Notes: generated by a model from the sequence alone, not told the origin. A DNA stretch of 64,000 nt from an uncultured Alphaproteobacteria bacterium (GCA_944389535.1 CALXMS010000001.1:103202-167201); one strand, 5' to 3'; counted from the stretch's first letter, positions 28,753 to 39,204 are shown. Made by a program: numbers and translations.

Positions 28753-29832
28753 TTGATTGGAATAGATAATATGAGACTGAAACCAAAAATCTTAACACGA
28801 TTTTTAATGAGACGCTTTTTCTATGGCGTTGGTTTGGTTATGTTGGTTGTATGCGGTATAATAATGGCCGTTACTTTTGTTGAACGACTGCCGTCAAACC
28901 CGACTGCCATGGCCGCTTTTATAGATTCTTGGCGGCGCTTACTAGAATATTTCCCGATGTTTCTTCCAATGGCAATATTTATGGGTACTTTACTTGCATC
29001 GTATAATCTTACAAAATCTAGTGAAAATATAATAATTGCTAGTGCTGGATTATCCCCGTTTCAGATAGCTCGTCCATCTTTAATTGGTGCCACAATAATC
29101 GGGATATTTGCCACAACAATTATAAATCCTTATTCGGTTGATTTAAATTCAAAAGACATAACACCAGATCATCTTGTATTAATAGACGATGAAATCTGGT
29201 TACGCGAATCGTCTGACAATGGTTTTTTAACGATGAATGCAAAAAACATGCATAAATCTGGCAACATATTACTTTTTGATGACGCAACAATATATGTACA
29301 AAATACAAATTTTAAATTGGAACAGCGTGTTCAGGCGGATACGGTCAAACTATCTGATGCAGGGCTTAGCGCAAGCAAAGCAACTACTTGGGACAACAAA
29401 GGGGTTCCATCCAGAACAGACTGGCATATGGATACGCTATTAACCCCACAAACGGTACTTGATCGCTATTTACAACCTGACCAAATTTCATTCTGGGAAT
29501 TACCACACTTTATAAAAAAGATGCAAGAAATAGGCGTTCCTGTACGTGGTCACCTGGTACAATTTTGGACGTTATTGTTTTTACCTTTAACGTTGGTATC
29601 AATGGCAACTTTAGGCGTTGCTTTTTCTCAGACGCGCCAACGTCGTAATTATAGTTTTGGTATAAAGTTTGGCATCGGTATTTTAACGTGCTTTGCAGTA
29701 TATTTTCTAATAAACATGTTTAACGCATTAGGTGCGACTGGCGTATTTCCACCGATTTTAGCAATTGTTGCCCCACCGTTAATAATCATTGCCGCTGCGG
29801 GCGTATTCATAACAACATTTGACACCATATAA
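28753..29832 (+). CDS. LPS export ABC permease LptF/LptG (YjgP/YjgQ family)
   Basis: 359 aa. Has an N-terminal 3-TM bundle, a periplasmic beta-jellyroll region and 3 C-terminal TMs. The start RFLMRRFFYGVGLVMLVV is typical of the family. Divergent from greA. Confidence 0.75.
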   Translation: MIGIDNMRLKPKILTRFLMRRFFYGVGLVMLVVCGIIMAVTFVERLPSNPTAMAAFIDSWRRLLEYFPMFLPMAIFMGTLLASYNLTKSSENIIIASAGLSPFQIARPSLIGATIIGIFATTIINPYSVDLNSKDITPDHLVLIDDEIWLRESSDNGFLTMNAKNMHKSGNILLFDDATIYVQNTNFKLEQRVQADTVKLSDAGLSASKATTWDNKGVPSRTDWHMDTLLTPQTVLDRYLQPDQISFWELPHFIKKMQEIGVPVRGHLVQFWTLLFLPLTLVSMATLGVAFSQTRQRRNYSFGIKFGIGILTCFAVYFLINMFNALGATGVFPPILAIVAPPLIIIAAAGVFITTFDTI

Positions 29833-29843
29833 TGGGGGATAAA

Positions 29844-29975
29844 ATGCCTTTACGAAAAAGAAATACAAAAAGAAAGCAAATAATTATTTGGACTTTGGTT
29901 ATTGTATTAATAATATTGATGATAATATCATTCCCTGCAACGCAGAATGTTACTGAAATTGTGTTATATCAATGA
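29844..29975 (+). CDS. Small hypothetical membrane protein (43 aa) overlapping the xerD start; not in the ORF track
   Basis: MPLRKRNTKRKQIIIWTLVIVLIILMIISFPATQNVTEIVLYQ has a basic N-terminus and one TM. It is preceded by a GGGGGA RBS, and its stop overlaps the xerD ATG (ATGA). Confidence 0.25.
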   Translation: MPLRKRNTKRKQIIIWTLVIVLIILMIISFPATQNVTEIVLYQ

Positions 29976-30838
29976 ATTATATAGATGTTTTTTTAGAGGC
30001 TTTATCTGCAGAAAAAGGACGTAGCAAAAAAACATTAGAAAGTTACGCCAGTGATTTACATCATGCCGATGAAATTATTCCTAGTGGATTAAATGGGGCG
30101 TCTGCAAAAGATATACAAAATTATTTGTCTGGTTTACCGGATAAACCATCATCAATTGCTAGGAAAGCCAGCGCAATACGCGGTTTTTATAAATTTTTAA
30201 TGTTAGAAAAAATAATTTCTGAAAATCCCGCTGCTAATATAGAATTACCTAAACGCAATAGATCCTTACCAAAATTTCTATCAGTTGAAGAAATAGAACT
30301 GATCATATCTTCTGCCGGCGACACAAAAAATTCTACTCGACTTAGGGCAATGTTAGAACTTGTGTATGCATCTGGTCTTCGTGTATCAGAATTATGTGAA
30401 TTACCAATGACCGCAAACCTTGGCGATAAATTATTAATTCATGGTAAGGGGGCCAAAGAACGCATCGTTCCAATGCATGAAAGGGCTCAACATGCATTAC
30501 AGAAATGGTTAAACATACGAGGTAACGATAAATCTAAATATATATTTCCATCATCTGGGAAAACCGGCCATATAACTCGTGATGGTTTTTTCAAAATATT
30601 AAAAAAGTGTGCCGTACAGGCCGGAATTGATCCACATAGAGTAAGCCCCCATGTTTTACGACATTCTTTTGCGTCTCATTTATTAGCAGGTGGTGCTAAT
30701 TTACGTGCAATACAAACAATGCTTGGACACGAAGACATTTCTACGACACAAATATATACTCACGTACTGCCAGAAAAGTTAAAAGAAACGGTACAGATGC
30801 ATCATCCATTGGGTCAGCATGGGGAAAATAAAAAATGA
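29972..30838 (+). CDS. xerD: Site-specific tyrosine recombinase XerD
   Basis: The C-terminal catalytic region RHSFASHLLAGGANLRAIQTMLGHEDISTTQIYTHV (R..HxxR...Y) and the XerD-type tail ...MHHP are present. Length 288 aa. It is embedded among housekeeping genes with no phage genes nearby. Confidence 0.85.
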   Translation: MNYIDVFLEALSAEKGRSKKTLESYASDLHHADEIIPSGLNGASAKDIQNYLSGLPDKPSSIARKASAIRGFYKFLMLEKIISENPAANIELPKRNRSLPKFLSVEEIELIISSAGDTKNSTRLRAMLELVYASGLRVSELCELPMTANLGDKLLIHGKGAKERIVPMHERAQHALQKWLNIRGNDKSKYIFPSSGKTGHITRDGFFKILKKCAVQAGIDPHRVSPHVLRHSFASHLLAGGANLRAIQTMLGHEDISTTQIYTHVLPEKLKETVQMHHPLGQHGENKK

Positions 30839-31344
30839 TAAAAAAATGTGATCATCCTGGTTGTACCAAAGCCGGTACATGTCGCGCCCCTAAAACGCGT
30901 GACTTGAAAGAATATTGGTGGTTCTGTCGCGACCATGCGGCAGAATATAATAAAAACTGGAATTATTATGCCGGAATGACCCCAGAAGAAATTGAAGAAG
31001 ACTGGGAAAAACAAACGTTCGGTTCCCCATTAAAAGACAAAAAACAATCTGAACAAGACGCTAAAGATTATATAAATTTTTTAAATGATTTTATAACCGG
31101 TAGATCAACATTTGATAAAAAACCACCTAAACGCACAACGCTGCCTGGACGCGTTGTTTCGGCATTAAAGTTTTTTGATTTACCGATTACTGCATCATGG
31201 CGTGAAATTTCTGCAAGATATCGCCTGCTAGCAAAAAAATACCACCCAGATACAGCGCGAACAAATAAAGAAGCAGCAGCAAAAAACTTTACAAGTCTTA
31301 CTTCCGCATATGAAACATTACAAAAATACTTTGGAAAAAAATAA
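30835..31344 (+). CDS. J-domain (DnaJ-like) protein with N-terminal Cys-rich zinc-ribbon-like segment
   Basis: The C-terminal J domain has the HPD motif (ISARYRLLAKKYHPDTARTNKEAAAKNFTSLTSAYETL). The N-terminus reads CDHPGCTKAGTCRAP...WWFCRDH. The start overlaps the xerD stop (ATGA). Confidence 0.6.
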   Translation: MIKKCDHPGCTKAGTCRAPKTRDLKEYWWFCRDHAAEYNKNWNYYAGMTPEEIEEDWEKQTFGSPLKDKKQSEQDAKDYINFLNDFITGRSTFDKKPPKRTTLPGRVVSALKFFDLPITASWREISARYRLLAKKYHPDTARTNKEAAAKNFTSLTSAYETLQKYFGKK

Positions 31345-31365
31345 TCGGGTTTTATCCCGATTGTT

Positions 31366-32274
31366 TTATACCCTTGAATTTAAAAACGCTATTGCGTCCA
31401 TGGCTGCGCTACACCCTGCTCCAACCGCTGTGGCTATTTGCATTTTTAATTCGGACTGAACGTCACCTGCGACATACAAACCTTCAGGTAATTCACTTGG
31501 AATTATGCGCCCCATATTATCACGCCCATATTCTTCTGACAAATAATCAGTATTTGCTTCATGTCCTATTGCAACAAACAAACCGTCACAAATAATCTCT
31601 TGATCTTCAGTTGTTGTAATAACTAATTTATCGTCATCCGTTTTGGTTATTTTTTTCAAATCTGTATTAAACAAACACTCTATATTTTCACGTTCTGCAA
31701 CACGATTACGCAAAACCTCTTCCGCGCGCGTAAAAGCACCTTTTCTATAAACAATTTTTACATTGTGGGCAACGTCTGACAAATACAACGCATCGTTTAA
31801 CGCTGAATTTCCCCCGCCCATTACAACAACATCTTTGCCATAATAAAAGAATCCGTCACATGTAGCACAATAGGATACACCCTTACCAAACAATTCTTTT
31901 GCTCCTTCAATTTCAAGTTTTCGTGGGGAAGCTCCTGTTGCAATTATGACAACTTTAGAAACATACCTATTGCCATCATCACATAAAACATTAAACCCAC
32001 TTTCTACATCACCGGAAATATTTTTAGCGGAAACGAACTTAATTTTTGCACCGAAAGATTCGGCTTGATTTTTCATAAATTCTGATAATTCTAAACCACT
32101 GCCTTTCCAACCAGGATAGTTTTCTAAAACAGCGATGCCAGCTGTTTGACCACCAAGACGATCACCACCTAAAACCAAAGTATCCTTACCTGCACGCGCG
32201 CAATATAATGCCGCAGTTAACCCCGCGGGACCGGACCCTAAAATTATAACGTCGTGCATAATTACTTCGTTCAT
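31366..32274 (-). CDS. trxB: Thioredoxin-disulfide reductase
   Basis: Has the FAD motif VIILGSGPAGLTAALYCARAG, the redox-active CATCDGFFY and the NADPH motif VMGGGNSA. The track ORF extends to 32352. The ATG at 32274 (MNEVIMHDV) has an AGGAGA RBS and matches canonical TrxB length, so it is the likelier start. Confidence 0.9.
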   Translation of the reverse strand: MNEVIMHDVIILGSGPAGLTAALYCARAGKDTLVLGGDRLGGQTAGIAVLENYPGWKGSGLELSEFMKNQAESFGAKIKFVSAKNISGDVESGFNVLCDDGNRYVSKVVIIATGASPRKLEIEGAKELFGKGVSYCATCDGFFYYGKDVVVMGGGNSALNDALYLSDVAHNVKIVYRKGAFTRAEEVLRNRVAERENIECLFNTDLKKITKTDDDKLVITTTEDQEIICDGLFVAIGHEANTDYLSEEYGRDNMGRIIPSELPEGLYVAGDVQSELKMQIATAVGAGCSAAMDAIAFLNSRV

Positions 32275-32549
32275 AATTAAATCTCCTCTATTCTTTTCGG
32301 CACAAAGCATAGCATAAACCTGCAACATGCGCAAATAATTTCGTTTATGCATAAAATCTGGGATTTTAATTGATTTTTAAGGTTGGCAAATATATAATTG
32401 TAAACAACATGATTAAATTATTTTTATCTTTTTGTCTTTCGTCATCCCCTTTTGGGGTGCTAATTTAAATTAATACATAATTTATATAGTTGAGCTTTTT
32501 AAAAAGCAGCATTATCATAATAACAGTTTAACATTTTAAGGAAAAAACT

Positions 32550-33830
32550 ATGTTAGATATTAGATTTATTCGTGAAAACCCAGAAGTTGTAAAAAACGCA
32601 TGTGAAGTCAAAGGTTTTGAAGATCACGTTGATGAAATATTAACATTAGACACCCGTGTACGCGAGTTAAAAACAATAACTCAAAATATGACGGCGGAAA
32701 AAAATAAAATAACAAAAGAAATACCAACTGCACAGGACAAGGCTTCTCTAATTGCGAAATCAAAGCAAATAAGCGATGAAATTGCGGCAGATATGGCAGA
32801 ACTTGCCGATAAAGAGGCACTGCTAAACGATCTTCTACATCGCGTACCACAGATTCCTGATGCATCTGCGCCTATTGGTCCGGACGACAGCGCCAATGTA
32901 GAGGTACGACGCATAGGTGAACCCCGTAAATTTGATTTTACACCACGTGCACAATGGGACTTACTGGACTTAAACGGTTGGTGGATGCCAGAAAAAATTG
33001 CACAAATATGCGGCACACGCACATATTGTTTGGTTGGTGAAGCAGCCGAATTGCAACTGGCTATTGAAACATATGTAATTCAAAAATTAATTGCCAAAGG
33101 TTTTACATTTATAGAATGTCCATCTATCACGAAACCGCAAACAATATTTGATGCCGGACACTTTATGGGATCAGATTTATCAATTATGAATAATGATGTA
33201 TTTATGTTGACCGACACAGATAGATGTTTAGCTGGAACAGCAGAGATAATTTTGAATTCTTTACATAGCGGTGAAATTTTGCCGGAAAATGCATTACCGA
33301 TTAAATATGCGGGTTTTTCCCCATGTTTTCGTAAAGAAGCTGGGGCTGCCGGTCGTGATACACGCGGTTTAGCACGCTTTCATCAGTTTAACAAAGTCGA
33401 ACAATACATATATTGCAAACCAGAACAATCTGATGAAATGCATGAACATATCTTGAATAACTTATGCGAAGTTATTGAAGACTTTGAATTACCATACAGA
33501 GTCATTGCTAATTCAACCGGAGACATGGGATTTAATAAGGTAAAAATGAACGACGTGGAAGCATGGGTACCAAGTGAAAATGCATATAAAGAACTGGGTA
33601 GTTGTTCTTCTATCGGTACATTCCAAGCACGTAGGACAAATACCAGATACCGCGAAAACGGTACTAACGAAGTTAAATTCTGTGCAACATTAAACAATAC
33701 AGGAATTGCCGTACCACGCGTTCTTGTACCGATATTAGAAAATCACCAGAACGCAGATGGCAGTGTAAATATACCAAAGAAGCTTCAGCCATTGATGGGT
33801 GGAAGGACTAAAATTGGTGGTAAACATTAA
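32550..33830 (+). CDS. serS: Serine--tRNA ligase
   Basis: Has an N-terminal coiled-coil tRNA-binding arm and class-II motifs in the catalytic core (FRKEAGAAGRDTRGLARFHQFNKVEQ). Length 426 aa. Confidence 0.9.
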   Translation: MLDIRFIRENPEVVKNACEVKGFEDHVDEILTLDTRVRELKTITQNMTAEKNKITKEIPTAQDKASLIAKSKQISDEIAADMAELADKEALLNDLLHRVPQIPDASAPIGPDDSANVEVRRIGEPRKFDFTPRAQWDLLDLNGWWMPEKIAQICGTRTYCLVGEAAELQLAIETYVIQKLIAKGFTFIECPSITKPQTIFDAGHFMGSDLSIMNNDVFMLTDTDRCLAGTAEIILNSLHSGEILPENALPIKYAGFSPCFRKEAGAAGRDTRGLARFHQFNKVEQYIYCKPEQSDEMHEHILNNLCEVIEDFELPYRVIANSTGDMGFNKVKMNDVEAWVPSENAYKELGSCSSIGTFQARRTNTRYRENGTNEVKFCATLNNTGIAVPRVLVPILENHQNADGSVNIPKKLQPLMGGRTKIGGKH

Positions 33831-33833
33831 ACT

Positions 33834-33857
33834 AAAATCCCGCAAAAGCGGGATTTT
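33834..33857. terminator. Bidirectional rho-independent terminator between convergent serS(+) and a hypothetical(-) gene
   Basis: AAAATCCCGC-aaaa-GCGGGATTTT is a perfect 10-bp palindromic hairpin with A/T runs on both sides. Confidence 0.6.
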
Positions 33858-34392
33858 AATGTTGCAACTGATAATATATTTTCTTCAGCGGTCGTAATAA
33901 AAAATTCGTCTTATATAAATCCACCATTTTTTTTGACTGCTCTGCCATAGTTATTAATTTTTCTGCGCTATACGTTAAAGTTCTTATAGAAACCATATCT
34001 TTTTTTTCGTAATTATTTTCCCAATTTTGTATTTCCGCACAAAAATTATAATATTGATCTATTATCTCGCCACTCATAACGTCTAGAACACGCTTTAAAA
34101 TTATATCTTTCGGTTCATCTATGATATACAAAGCGTATTTTGATTCTATGCCATTGTTTTCCAACACTCGTTTTATTCTTACGCTTTTCTCATGTTGATT
34201 ACGCTTAGAAAAGTATAAAGACGGTTTTTTAGATAAATCCTTCATATAAACCAATGCTCTGGCAGCAGAAATCCGCTGTTTATTAGACATATTTGCCCAA
34301 TGAGAAGAAACCTGAGCTTTTGCCAAAATATAAAAATTGCTTAATCCCGACTTAATAATGTCATTTATATCTTTTTCTTTTATTTCACTCAT
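33856..34392 (-). CDS. Hypothetical protein (ORFan)
   Basis: 178 aa, Lys-rich, with no recognisable motifs. Sits between serS and typA. Confidence 0.4.
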   Translation of the reverse strand: MSEIKEKDINDIIKSGLSNFYILAKAQVSSHWANMSNKQRISAARALVYMKDLSKKPSLYFSKRNQHEKSVRIKRVLENNGIESKYALYIIDEPKDIILKRVLDVMSGEIIDQYYNFCAEIQNWENNYEKKDMVSIRTLTYSAEKLITMAEQSKKMVDLYKTNFLLRPLKKIYYQLQH

Positions 34393-34548
34393 AGTCTATC
34401 TCTTTTGATTTTTTTCCGATCAAAACATTAACACATATAAAGAAAAAACGTCAATCTTTTTATATATTTGTTGAAAATGGGATTTTATAGTATAATCTAT
34501 TGGTTACGAAAATTTTGGTAAGAATATGTTAATTAAGGTATTAAAAGT

Positions 34549-36387
34549 ATGTCTATGAAGATTAGAAATATTGCAATTATTGCGCACGTTGATCACGGAA
34601 AAACGACACTTGTTGACAATATGTTAAAACAAGCCGGTACGTTTCGTGAAAACGAGCGTGTTGCCGAACGAGTTATGGATAGCGGTGATATTGAGCGTGA
34701 ACGTGGAATAACAATATCAGCAAAACCAACATCAATTCAATGGGGTGAATATAAAATTAACATTGTTGATACACCGGGTCACGCTGATTTTGGTGGCGAG
34801 GTGGAACGTATTTTATCCATGGTTGATGGTGTGGTGCTTTTAGTTGATGCGGCAGAGGGTCCATTACCACAGACAAAATTCGTTTTATCTAAAGCTCTTA
34901 AATTAGGTTTAAGACCTATTGTATGTATAAATAAGGTAGACCGCAGTGACGCCCGTCCAGACGAAGTTTTAACAGAAACATTTGACCTATTTGATAAGTT
35001 AGGTGCAACCGATTCCCAACTAGACTTTCCGTATCTATATGCGGTTGGTCGTGATGGATGGGCTGTAAGAAATTTAAATGACGAACATAAAGATTTAACA
35101 CCATTATTTCAATTAATAATCGACCATGTTCCGGCCCCAGATTGTAACGGCAGTCGCTGTCAAATTGATGCACCTTTTTCTATGCTTGCAACGACACTGG
35201 AAGCAGATCCATATGTCGGCAGAATTCTAACCGGAAAAATTGAATCTGGTACTGTTCGTGTTGGTCAGACGGTTAAAGCCATAAATATGAAGGGGGAATT
35301 CATAGAAAACGCAAAAATAACAAAGATCATTGAACATCGTGGTATCGAAAAAGCATCTTTAGAATCGGCATCTGCAGGTGACATAGTGGTCATAGCAGGC
35401 TTTTCAAAAGCAACCGTGGCAGATACACTCTGTGCACCAGAAGTGACAGAACCGATTCCTGCGATGCCTATTGACCCACCTACCCTGACTATGACATTTT
35501 TTGTTAATACTTCACCGTTGGCGGGAAAATCCGGTAAAAAATTAACGTCACGTATGATTGGTGAACGCTTGTTTAAAGAAGCGGAGACAAACATTGCTTT
35601 ACGCGTTACGCAAAGCGCAAATAATGAATCATTTGAAGTTTCTGGACGTGGTGAATTACAGTTGGGGATTTTAATAGAAACTATGCGTCGTGAAGGTTTT
35701 GAACTAAGTGTTTCTCGTCCGCGTGTCGTGATGCAAGACGGCCCCAACGGCGAAAAATTAGAACCGATCGAAGAAGTGGTTATCGACGTTGATGATGAAT
35801 TCAGCGGTGTTGTAATCGAAAAAATGACAAAACGTAAAGCCACTATTACGGAAATGAAGGCTTCTGGTAACGGTAAAACTCGTATAGTATTTTCTGCGCC
35901 TTCTCGTGGTTTAATTGGATATTTATCTGAATTTCGTACAGACACCCGTGGTACAGGCGTTATGAATCGCGTTTTTTCTGGTTACGAAGAATATCGTGGT
36001 CCTATAACCCAGTATCGACCTGGCGTACTGGTATCAATGGAAAATGGTGTCACATCAACTTATGCATTACACAATTTGGAACCTCGCGGTGTATTATTTG
36101 TCGGACCACAAACAGAAGTTTATTCCGGTATGATAATCGGAGAACATAGTAAAGAAAATGATTTGGAAGTAAACCCAGTAAAAGGTAAAGAACTGACGAA
36201 TGTTCGTTCTGTTACAGCCGATGAAAAATTATTTTTGGCGCCACCGCGTAAAATATCCTTAGAAGAAGCGTTATCTTATATTCAAGACGATGAACTGGTT
36301 GAAGTTACACCGGCTACAATTCGTTTACGCAAAAAAGAATTGGATAGCAATATAAGAAAAAAGATACGGAAAAACAGTGAAATCTAA
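34549..36387 (+). CDS. typA: Translational GTPase TypA/BipA
   Basis: Has the G1 motif IRNIAIIAHVDHGKTTLVD and DTPGHADF. EF-G-like domains II-V and a BipA-specific C-terminal domain are present. Length 612 aa. Confidence 0.9.
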   Translation: MSMKIRNIAIIAHVDHGKTTLVDNMLKQAGTFRENERVAERVMDSGDIERERGITISAKPTSIQWGEYKINIVDTPGHADFGGEVERILSMVDGVVLLVDAAEGPLPQTKFVLSKALKLGLRPIVCINKVDRSDARPDEVLTETFDLFDKLGATDSQLDFPYLYAVGRDGWAVRNLNDEHKDLTPLFQLIIDHVPAPDCNGSRCQIDAPFSMLATTLEADPYVGRILTGKIESGTVRVGQTVKAINMKGEFIENAKITKIIEHRGIEKASLESASAGDIVVIAGFSKATVADTLCAPEVTEPIPAMPIDPPTLTMTFFVNTSPLAGKSGKKLTSRMIGERLFKEAETNIALRVTQSANNESFEVSGRGELQLGILIETMRREGFELSVSRPRVVMQDGPNGEKLEPIEEVVIDVDDEFSGVVIEKMTKRKATITEMKASGNGKTRIVFSAPSRGLIGYLSEFRTDTRGTGVMNRVFSGYEEYRGPITQYRPGVLVSMENGVTSTYALHNLEPRGVLFVGPQTEVYSGMIIGEHSKENDLEVNPVKGKELTNVRSVTADEKLFLAPPRKISLEEALSYIQDDELVEVTPATIRLRKKELDSNIRKKIRKNSEI

Positions 36388-37225
36388 ACGACTATTTTTA
36401 ATTGCTGGATATAGTGCGGTAAAAAAGATTGACGCGTCACTAATTTATATGCTCAAGTCATTGTCTTTTTGTGGAGACGTTATCTTAATGCTTGATAGCG
36501 ATATCTCTAAAGAAGAATTAGATAAAATTTCTTCTTATGTGATACATGTACATGCTTCGCGACATGGGGAATATGATTTTGGTTCTTATAAACGTGCATA
36601 TCAATACGCCAAAGATAAAAAGATACTAAAAGAATACGACTTTGTATATATGATAAACGATTCTGTATACGGCCCCATAAAAGATATTAAGCCATATTTA
36701 CAACAAATGGAATCTTTTGATGCCGACGCGTTCGGTTTAGTATGTAACCCAAATAAAGACCATCCACATATTCAATCTTGGTTTATAGGAATGCGTAAAA
36801 CTATATTTTTATCACGGTGGTTTGATGAATTCATAACGTCTGTTACTAAGCAACCTAATAAAGGGGCAATTACCCGTCTGTATGAACAGGGTTTTTCTAA
36901 ACTAGTAACTGAACATGGCGGCAATTGGCTGTGTATATATACAATTTCGGGACGTGGCATATATAATAATATCAAAAAATTATATAAACACGGTTTGCCT
37001 TTTATTAAGAAAGTCTCTTTTACGCGTCATAACGGTTCACTTGGGAAAGAAATATATTACGTTATGCGTCATATAAATAAAGAAGCAAGCACAGCAATTA
37101 TTAGTGGTGCAAAAACAACCTTTGGGGAAAAATATATAAGCTGGCTTTTAACGCGAAATCCTATTAAAATATTTTTAAGAAACATAAAATATTTTATAAA
37201 AAAATTGTTTAATGAGGGCTTATGA
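36377..37225 (+). CDS. Hypothetical polysaccharide-biosynthesis protein (possibly rhamnan-synthesis-F/glycosyltransferase-like)
   Basis: 282 aa. It overlaps the typA stop by 11 nt and its stop overlaps the next glycosyltransferase start. A weak motif resemblance (DFVYMINDSVYGP...SWFIGMRKTIF) to RgpF-type surface-polysaccharide enzymes is present. Confidence 0.35.
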   Translation: MKSKRLFLIAGYSAVKKIDASLIYMLKSLSFCGDVILMLDSDISKEELDKISSYVIHVHASRHGEYDFGSYKRAYQYAKDKKILKEYDFVYMINDSVYGPIKDIKPYLQQMESFDADAFGLVCNPNKDHPHIQSWFIGMRKTIFLSRWFDEFITSVTKQPNKGAITRLYEQGFSKLVTEHGGNWLCIYTISGRGIYNNIKKLYKHGLPFIKKVSFTRHNGSLGKEIYYVMRHINKEASTAIISGAKTTFGEKYISWLLTRNPIKIFLRNIKYFIKKLFNEGL

Positions 37226-38073
37226 AAAAAACACCTACAAAAACATTAAAAAAAATTGCGGCCATAACTATGGCACGAAACGACGAATTTTTTCTATCGC
37301 GATGGATCAAATATTATGGTGACGCAATTGGTAAAGAAAATCTTTATATATATCTTGACGGAGAAGATCAAAAAATACCGGCAAATGCCGGAACGGCTAA
37401 TATACAAAAACTGCCCCATATAGATATGTCACGGACAGCGGGTGATAAATATCGTATAGCCAAGTTATCAAAATTAGCTAATGATTTGTTAAAATCTTAT
37501 GACATTGTAATAGGATGCGATTGCGATGAATTTTTAATTGTGGACCCTGCTCTGAACAAATCATTATCTGAATATTTATCAGGTCTAAAAATCAACATAA
37601 GTGTATCTGGTCTGGGATTAGATGTGGGTCAAAATATAAATAAAGAAAAAACACTTAATCATAAAAAAACATTATTATCACAACGTGAATATGCGCTGCT
37701 ATCAACAAGATACACAAAACCTGTAATAATAAACCAACCAGTAAATTGGGGCAGCGGGTTTCATAGCATACGCGGTAAAAACTTTCATATTGATAAAAAT
37801 TTATATTTATTACATTTTGGTGCCGTCGATATGCAAATGTTATTAGACAAGGCGGCTTCTCGTGGTTCTGATTGGGTAAATCACCTACGCAGACGCGGTA
37901 ACGGTACAATAAATGCTGTAAGTCAATTACCAATACATACAGAAAAATGGTTAAAAATTGCTAGGATAATACAAACGTACGCGCGCCCTATATATGCATT
38001 AGACAAACCAGGAATGTTGGGATTAAAGCGCGTTGTAAAAATACCTTCACGATTTAAACAATCAAACGTATGA
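37222..38073 (+). CDS. Putative glycosyltransferase (GT2/GT92-like fold)
   Basis: The N-terminal AITMARNDEFFLSRWIKYYGDAIGKENLYIYLD resembles the nucleotide-sugar-binding start of GT2-like/GT92 enzymes (v.NEadii.eWl.yh). The DxD-like CDCDEF follows. Confidence 0.45.
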   Translation: MKKTPTKTLKKIAAITMARNDEFFLSRWIKYYGDAIGKENLYIYLDGEDQKIPANAGTANIQKLPHIDMSRTAGDKYRIAKLSKLANDLLKSYDIVIGCDCDEFLIVDPALNKSLSEYLSGLKINISVSGLGLDVGQNINKEKTLNHKKTLLSQREYALLSTRYTKPVIINQPVNWGSGFHSIRGKNFHIDKNLYLLHFGAVDMQMLLDKAASRGSDWVNHLRRRGNGTINAVSQLPIHTEKWLKIARIIQTYARPIYALDKPGMLGLKRVVKIPSRFKQSNV

Positions 38074-39204
38074 TTTTATAAGTTTTATAATTTGTTTTGA
38101 TATCTGACCCGCATCAAAACGTTTTAATCCATTATGCGCAATCTGTTTCATTTTATTTATTGGAACTTTTTTATTAAAAACTGCGTCCATACATTCTGCC
38201 AAAGCTTTTGCATCACCCGCTTCAAATAATAACCCACCCTTTCCTTCATATAAAATTTCATTTGGGCCATTTTTACAATCGGATGAAATATTTAATGTAT
38301 CAACAGCTGCTGCCTCTATCAAAACAGTTGGCAGTCCTTCACTTCTACTAGACAAAATGTTTGCCATGGATCCGCGCATATACCCGAACGGATTTGACAA
38401 AGCCCCTGTAAAAATAATTTGCTTGCTTGCAGATAATGATTTTGACATTTCTTCATAACGGATTCTATAACTTCCGTCACCAATGATATATAATTTTACG
38501 TCCGGTCGATCATTTTTATTCCAAAAAATATCAAAACCTTTTAATAAAGTTGAAATATCTTTATCCGCATATAAACGTGAAACGCAACAAAAATACCTTC
38601 CTTTTGGTATCGTGACATTTTTAACTTTCTGTATAACATGATTTATATCTATCGGATTATAAATACGAATGATTTTATTCGAATATTCTGGATATATTTT
38701 TTTAAATTCTGTAACAAAACCATCTGTTAATGTTATTAACTTGTCATAATTTTTCATATACTTTATATAATTTCCGCGTATGAAGTTATCTATTGACGAA
38801 TGCCACCAAATTAACTTCGTTTTTTGTAGTTTTCTAAATTCTGCATTAAATGAAAAATTATAATAATCAATGAACACATCAATATCATTATCATAATGAA
38901 AATTTATAAAATTACGACGTACATATCTATACACATCTCGACAAGCATGCTTAAATAAACGCCACAAAAAGAAATGTGGCAAATCTGTCCCTAACCATGA
39001 AGAAGGATACAAAGTAAAAAGTTTTACGTCAGGGTGCCCAGCGAACCAATCTAGATATACTTTCTCTTTTATTTTAGAATACGTTATAACAACAATTTCT
39101 AAATTTTTGTTTTCTAATAACTTTTCCATGGTTCGAATCATAACAGATTCAACCCCACCAATTTTCATGTCTCTTACACAAAAAGCGATTTTTATTTTTT
39201 TCAT
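38062..39204 (-). CDS. Glycosyltransferase family 4 (GT-B, RfaG-like)
   Basis: Has the C-terminal GT4 signature SRSEGLPTVLIEAAAVDTLNISSD (E-x7-E) and an N-terminal GT4-N-like domain. Length 380 aa. Confidence 0.75.
   Translation of the reverse strand: MKKIKIAFCVRDMKIGGVESVMIRTMEKLLENKNLEIVVITYSKIKEKVYLDWFAGHPDVKLFTLYPSSWLGTDLPHFFLWRLFKHACRDVYRYVRRNFINFHYDNDIDVFIDYYNFSFNAEFRKLQKTKLIWWHSSIDNFIRGNYIKYMKNYDKLITLTDGFVTEFKKIYPEYSNKIIRIYNPIDINHVIQKVKNVTIPKGRYFCCVSRLYADKDISTLLKGFDIFWNKNDRPDVKLYIIGDGSYRIRYEEMSKSLSASKQIIFTGALSNPFGYMRGSMANILSSRSEGLPTVLIEAAAVDTLNISSDCKNGPNEILYEGKGGLLFEAGDAKALAECMDAVFNKKVPINKMKQIAHNGLKRFDAGQISKQIIKLIKSYV

Noticed and set aside
29972-30838. Tyrosine recombinase as a possible phage/ICE integrase marking a mobile element next to tRNA genes
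   Set aside because: The sequence has XerD-specific C-terminal features. It sits among lptF/G, a dnaJ-like gene and trxB, with no phage genes or repeats. The tRNA genes are 28 kb away.
32275-32352. N-terminal 26-aa extension of trxB in the ORF track (MHKRNYLRMLQVYAMLCAEKNRGDLI)
   Set aside because: The internal ATG at 32274 has an AGGAGA RBS and gives canonical TrxB length. The extension is not conserved-looking.
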